A stretch of 64,000 nt of DNA, taken from the NCBI GenBank assembly GCA_002347725.1, contig DDXA01000003.1:332177-396176 (forward strand). The letters are read 5' to 3'. The notes below the pieces were generated by a model. That model was not told the origin of the DNA. It saw only the letters and a program-made list of their open reading frames with translations, and made no database searches. Origin of the DNA: Actinobacteria bacterium UBA2272. GTDB taxonomy: Bacteria; Actinomycetota; Coriobacteriia; Anaerosomatales; Anaerosomataceae. The translations under genes and the position numbers were made by a program. Below, piece after piece: positions 60,386 to 64,000 of the stretch; positions within the stretch are counted from its first letter, which is position 1, and each line of letters starts with the position of its first letter.

Positions 60386-60883
60386 ATGGCCAAGGACCAG
60401 AGCTTTGATGTCGTGTCCCAGGTGGACATGCAGGAGGTCGACAACGCCGTGCAGCAGACGGTGAAGGAGCTTGCGCAGCGCTACGACCTCAAGGGAACCG
60501 GCTCCACGGTCAGTTTCGATCGTGCCGCCGGTACGATCTCACTCACCGCGCCGAGTGACTTCGTCTTAGGACAGGTCAAGGACATCCTCGACAGCAAGCT
60601 CGTCCGGCGAGGCATCGACCTCATGGCGCTCGATTGGGGCAAGATCGAGGCCGGATCCGGCGGCACTGCCAGGCGGACAGCCACGGTGGTCAACGGGATC
60701 GACGCTGAGATCGCGCGACGCATCAACAAGGAGGTCCGCGACCAGAAGTTCAAGGTCAAGGTCCAGATCGAAGGTGACAAGCTGCGCATCTTCAGCGCCA
60801 GCCGTGACGAGCTCCAGGCCGTGATCGCGTTCATCAAGGAGCACGACTACGGCATCCCGCTCCAATTCACCAACTACCGTTAG
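60386..60883 (+). CDS. yajQ: YajQ-family (UPF0234) nucleotide-binding protein
   Basis: QSFDVVSQVDMQEVDNAVQQ at the N-terminus, LQFTNYR at the C-terminus. 165 aa. Confidence 0.88.
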   Translation: MAKDQSFDVVSQVDMQEVDNAVQQTVKELAQRYDLKGTGSTVSFDRAAGTISLTAPSDFVLGQVKDILDSKLVRRGIDLMALDWGKIEAGSGGTARRTATVVNGIDAEIARRINKEVRDQKFKVKVQIEGDKLRIFSASRDELQAVIAFIKEHDYGIPLQFTNYR

Positions 60884-60891
60884 GGTCGCGC

Positions 60892-62193
60892 ATGCCCCAA
60901 CACGCGCCGGCCATCGCGTTCGTCACCCTCGGATGTCCGAAGAACGAGGTCGACTCCGACCGGATGGCAGCCGCGGTGGAAGCGTCGGCATATCGCCTGG
61001 TCGCCGACCCATCGGAAGCCGACGTCGTCGTCCTCAATACCTGCTCGTTCATCGAGGCCGCCACCGAGGAGTCGATCGCCGAGGCCTTCGATCTCGCGGA
61101 CTCATGGCGCCCCGCGCGCGACGGCAGACGACTCATCGTGGCTGGCTGCATGGTCTCGCGGTACGGAGACGAGCTGGCCGAGGCGATGCCGGAGCCTGAC
61201 GCCTTCGTGGCGGTCGCCGACGAACGGCGCCTGCTCGAGGTCGTAGAGCGCATCACGGGAATCCCCGCATCGCCCCGCGCGTCCGTCCACGGCCGCACGG
61301 CGCCCGGAACGACTGCGTACCTCAAGGTCAGCGAGGGCTGTGACCGCCACTGCGCGTACTGCACCATCCCGACGATCAGGGGACCGTTCGCCTCCGCGTC
61401 GGCCTCCGCGCTGCTTGCCGAGGCGACGTTCCTCGTCGAGCGGGGAGCGCGTGAGATCGTGCTGATCGGACAGGATATCTCCTCGTGGGGGAGAGACTCA
61501 GACGACAGCGGCGACCTCGCGTCACTCGTCGAGCGTCTCGGCGCGCTTGAGGGTGACTTCCGCGTTCGCCTCATGTATGTCCAGCCCGACGGCATCACAC
61601 CGCGCCTGCTCGAGGCGATGGCCGCCGATCCACGTGTCTGCCGCTATCTCGACCTCCCTCTGCAACATGCCTCGGCGCGCGTGCTCGACGCGATGGGCCG
61701 CACCGGCGACACGGGGCACCACCTCGCGCTGCTCGGCCGTATCCGCGAAACGCTTCCCGGCGTCTCACTCAGGACCACGGTCATGACCGGGTTCCCGGGA
61801 GAGACCGAGGCGGAGTCCGCCGAACTCGAGGCGTTCGTAGCCGAAGCCGGTTTCGACTACGTCGGGGTGTTCGCGTACTCGCCCGAGGACGGTACCCGTG
61901 CCGCGGTCATGCCCGGCCAGATCCCCGCAGACGTGCGCCTCGAGCGTGCCCAACGGCTCCGTGACCTGGCCGATACTGTCGGCTTCGAGCGCGCTGTCGC
62001 ACGCATCGGCACACTCCAGCAGACACTCGTCGAGGGAGTGGATGAGGACGGCGCTTCGTGGGGGCGGACATGCGGGCAGGCACCCGAGGTCGACGGCATC
62101 ACCTTCATCTCCTCTGATGCAGCGCCCGGCGGGTTCGTACAGGTACGCATCACCGACGCCATCGGCTACGATCTGGTGGGGGTGGTCCAGTGA
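60892..62193 (+). CDS. rimO: Ribosomal protein S12 methylthiotransferase RimO
   Basis: N-terminal UPF0004 Cys residues (LGCPKN, NTCSF, GCM), radical-SAM CDRHCAYC and a TRAM domain. Confidence 0.9.
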   Translation: MPQHAPAIAFVTLGCPKNEVDSDRMAAAVEASAYRLVADPSEADVVVLNTCSFIEAATEESIAEAFDLADSWRPARDGRRLIVAGCMVSRYGDELAEAMPEPDAFVAVADERRLLEVVERITGIPASPRASVHGRTAPGTTAYLKVSEGCDRHCAYCTIPTIRGPFASASASALLAEATFLVERGAREIVLIGQDISSWGRDSDDSGDLASLVERLGALEGDFRVRLMYVQPDGITPRLLEAMAADPRVCRYLDLPLQHASARVLDAMGRTGDTGHHLALLGRIRETLPGVSLRTTVMTGFPGETEAESAELEAFVAEAGFDYVGVFAYSPEDGTRAAVMPGQIPADVRLERAQRLRDLADTVGFERAVARIGTLQQTLVEGVDEDGASWGRTCGQAPEVDGITFISSDAAPGGFVQVRITDAIGYDLVGVVQ

Positions 62194-62828
62194 TCCGCAA
62201 CATGAACCTTGCCAATCGCATCACGCTCGCCCGGATCGTCTTCATCCCGGTATTCCTCGTGGTCCTCCTCGGCTCGTTCCCCGAGGGGATTCGCGCGCCC
62301 GGGTGGTGGCTCCTGGCACAACCATGGCTCGCCGCGGCCATCTTCGTCGCGCTCGCCGCAAGCGACGCAGTCGACGGGTACATCGCGCGATCGCGCAACC
62401 AGGTGACCACGTTCGGGAAGTTCATCGACCCGCTCGCGGACAAGCTGCTCGTGACCGCCGCACTTGTGGCGCTTGTAGATCTCGGCCGGATCCCTTCGTG
62501 GGTCGCACTCGTCATCATCAGCCGTGAGCTGGTCGTCAGCGGCCTTCGGATGGTCGCGGTAGCCGAGGGGCGGGTGATCGCCGCCTCTGACTACGGGAAG
62601 GTCAAGACCGTGCTCCAGATCGTCGCGATCGTCGCGTTTCTCGTGCGGGGGAGCGCGACTTTGGAGGAGTGGCTCTCGCCGCCGCTGTGGGGCGCGTTCG
62701 AGACCCTGTCATGGCTCGTCATGGCGGCAGCCGTCGTCATGACGATGCTGTCCATGATCGACTACTTCTACCACGCGCGGGACATCCTCACCGGCCCGTG
62801 GGAACGTGGATCTCGCGATGGATCCTGA
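62190..62828 (+). CDS. pgsA: CDP-diacylglycerol-glycerol-3-phosphate 3-phosphatidyltransferase
   Basis: GTGA overlap with rimO. CDP-alcohol motif DAVDGYIARSRNQVTTFGKFIDPLADK. Confidence 0.9.
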   Translation: MIRNMNLANRITLARIVFIPVFLVVLLGSFPEGIRAPGWWLLAQPWLAAAIFVALAASDAVDGYIARSRNQVTTFGKFIDPLADKLLVTAALVALVDLGRIPSWVALVIISRELVVSGLRMVAVAEGRVIAASDYGKVKTVLQIVAIVAFLVRGSATLEEWLSPPLWGAFETLSWLVMAAAVVMTMLSMIDYFYHARDILTGPWERGSRDGS

Positions 62829-64000
62829 GCTCGCATCGCCGACCGCCGCCGTCCTGGTCGTCGGCACCGAGCTCACGAGCGGCCTGCGTCCCGACACGAA
62901 CGGCCCGAACGTCGCCCGCGCGCTTGAGGACGCCGGGTACGACGTTCGCTCGGTGACCGCGCTTCCCGATGACGCTGACGCCATCGCGTCGTTCCTCACC
63001 CGGGCGCTTCCAGGTCACCGCCTGATCGTCGTCACGGGCGGGCTCGGGCCGACACACGACGATGTGACCCGCGAGGCCGCCGCACGAGCGCTCGGGCGGA
63101 CACTCACATGCGACGAGGGAGTACTCCGGTCCCTCGGCCCGGCTGTCGCCAGGCATGGGTGTGCCGAGGCTGGTGCCCGCGTGCTTCGCCAGGCAGAGAT
63201 CATAGACGGCGCCCGGATCCTCATGCCCACCCTCGGCACCGCGCCGGGTCAGGTGCTCGAGCACGAGCACGGCACACTCGCGCTGCTTCCCGGACCGCCC
63301 CACGAGATGGGACCGATGCTCGGGGTGCTCCTGGACGACCGGCCCGGCCACGCCTCCCCGCGGATACTGCGGACCATCGGGCACCCCGAGTCCGACATCC
63401 AACTTCTCGTCGAAGGCGCGCTCGCCGGGTCGTCGGGCATGGCGTTCACCATCCTTGCGTCTCCCGGACTGGTAGACGTCATCCTGCGTGACGGCGGGGC
63501 AGGGGAGACCGCACTCGATGCCGCGGCCCGCGCCGCGGCTGTGGCGCTCGGCGACGCGTGCTACAGCACCGACGGCTCCACACTCGCCGAAGCCATCATG
63601 GACGCCGCCGAACGGCTCGGACTGCGCATCTGCACAGCTGAGTCCTGCACGGGCGGCATGGTCGCCTCCGCCCTCACCGACGTCGCCGGTTCCTCGGCCG
63701 CCTTCGCCGGCGGGGTCGTTGCGTACGCCGACGCCGTCAAGTCCACCGTCCTCGGGGTGAGCTCGGCGACTCTCGAAGCACACGGTGCCGTCAGCGCCGA
63801 GACGGCGATCGCGATGGCCGAAGGGGCCCGGATGCGCCTCGGCGCGGATATCGCAGTCGCCATCACGGGGATCGCCGGGCCGACAGGCGGGAGCGCCGCC
63901 AAACCTGTCGGTACCGTGTGGTTAGCGATCGCGACGCCTGCGGACACGCATGCCGAGCGCCGCATGCTTCCCGGAGACCGCGACGGCGTGCGAATCCGTG
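62818..64000 (+). CDS. cinA: CinA (MoCF-binding domain + nicotinamide-nucleotide amidohydrolase PncC domain), 3' truncated by window edge
   Basis: Not in the ORF track because there is no stop in the window. I translated it by hand from ATG 62818 (11-nt overlap with pgsA) and it is open to nt 64000. Contains VVGTELTSG, VVTGGLGPTHDD, CTAESCTGG and ITGIAGPTGG. Confidence 0.88.
   Translation, partial: MDPELASPTAAVLVVGTELTSGLRPDTNGPNVARALEDAGYDVRSVTALPDDADAIASFLTRALPGHRLIVVTGGLGPTHDDVTREAAARALGRTLTCDEGVLRSLGPAVARHGCAEAGARVLRQAEIIDGARILMPTLGTAPGQVLEHEHGTLALLPGPPHEMGPMLGVLLDDRPGHASPRILRTIGHPESDIQLLVEGALAGSSGMAFTILASPGLVDVILRDGGAGETALDAAARAAAVALGDACYSTDGSTLAEAIMDAAERLGLRICTAESCTGGMVASALTDVAGSSAAFAGGVVAYADAVKSTVLGVSSATLEAHGAVSAETAIAMAEGARMRLGADIAVAITGIAGPTGGSAAKPVGTVWLAIATPADTHAERRMLPGDRDGVRIR

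Overview
By eye this window is about two-thirds G+C and looks like a Gram-positive/Actinomycetota-type chromosome. It is almost entirely housekeeping genes. I call 64 CDS, and 63 of them are on the + strand. Many are joined by 1-4 nt ATGA/GTGA stop-start overlaps, which implies very long operons.

Gene order:
- (fabK')-fabD-fabG-acpP-NMO-fabF-rnc-smc-ftsY-lepB-ffh-rpsP-KH-rimM-trmD-lepB-rplS-rnhB-yraN-comM-dprA-trmFO-xerC
- whiG/sigD-REC-rpsB-tsf-pyrH-frr-uppS-cdsA-dxr-rseP-ispG-orf-proS
- rimP-nusA-ylxR-infB-rbfA-nrnA-truB-ribF-rpsO-pnp
- [opu-type ABC + DUF169 + CocE/NonD]
- M16 peptidase-dapB-lysC-dapA-rnj-uppP-ftsK-rodZ-like-yajQ-rimO-pgsA-cinA'

From memory, this is colinear with the Bacillus subtilis fabD...recA backbone and with actinobacterial whiG-rpsB and pnp-pepR-dapB neighbourhoods. 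I recognised no rRNA, tRNA, CRISPR array, transposase, phage gene or defence-island hallmark.

I do not see a convincing novel multi-gene system. The parts the conserved backbone does not explain are:
1. A sigma-28 (WhiG/SigD-like) gene with no flagellar operon, followed by an orphan receiver domain fused to a zinc ribbon.
2. A roughly 6.9 kb accessory insert between pnp and the M16 peptidase. It carries an osmoprotectant-type ABC importer with a translationally coupled DUF169 protein, and the only minus-strand gene, a CocE/NonD hydrolase.
3. A stand-alone 130-aa Rossmann-like ORF between ispG and proS.

Limits: start codons were refined by hand from the ORF track using SD spacing, overlaps and N-terminal conservation. 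All family assignments rest on motif recognition, not on searches. cinA (62818-64000) and the 5'-truncated fabK (1-240) run off the window edges, and cinA is absent from the ORF track.
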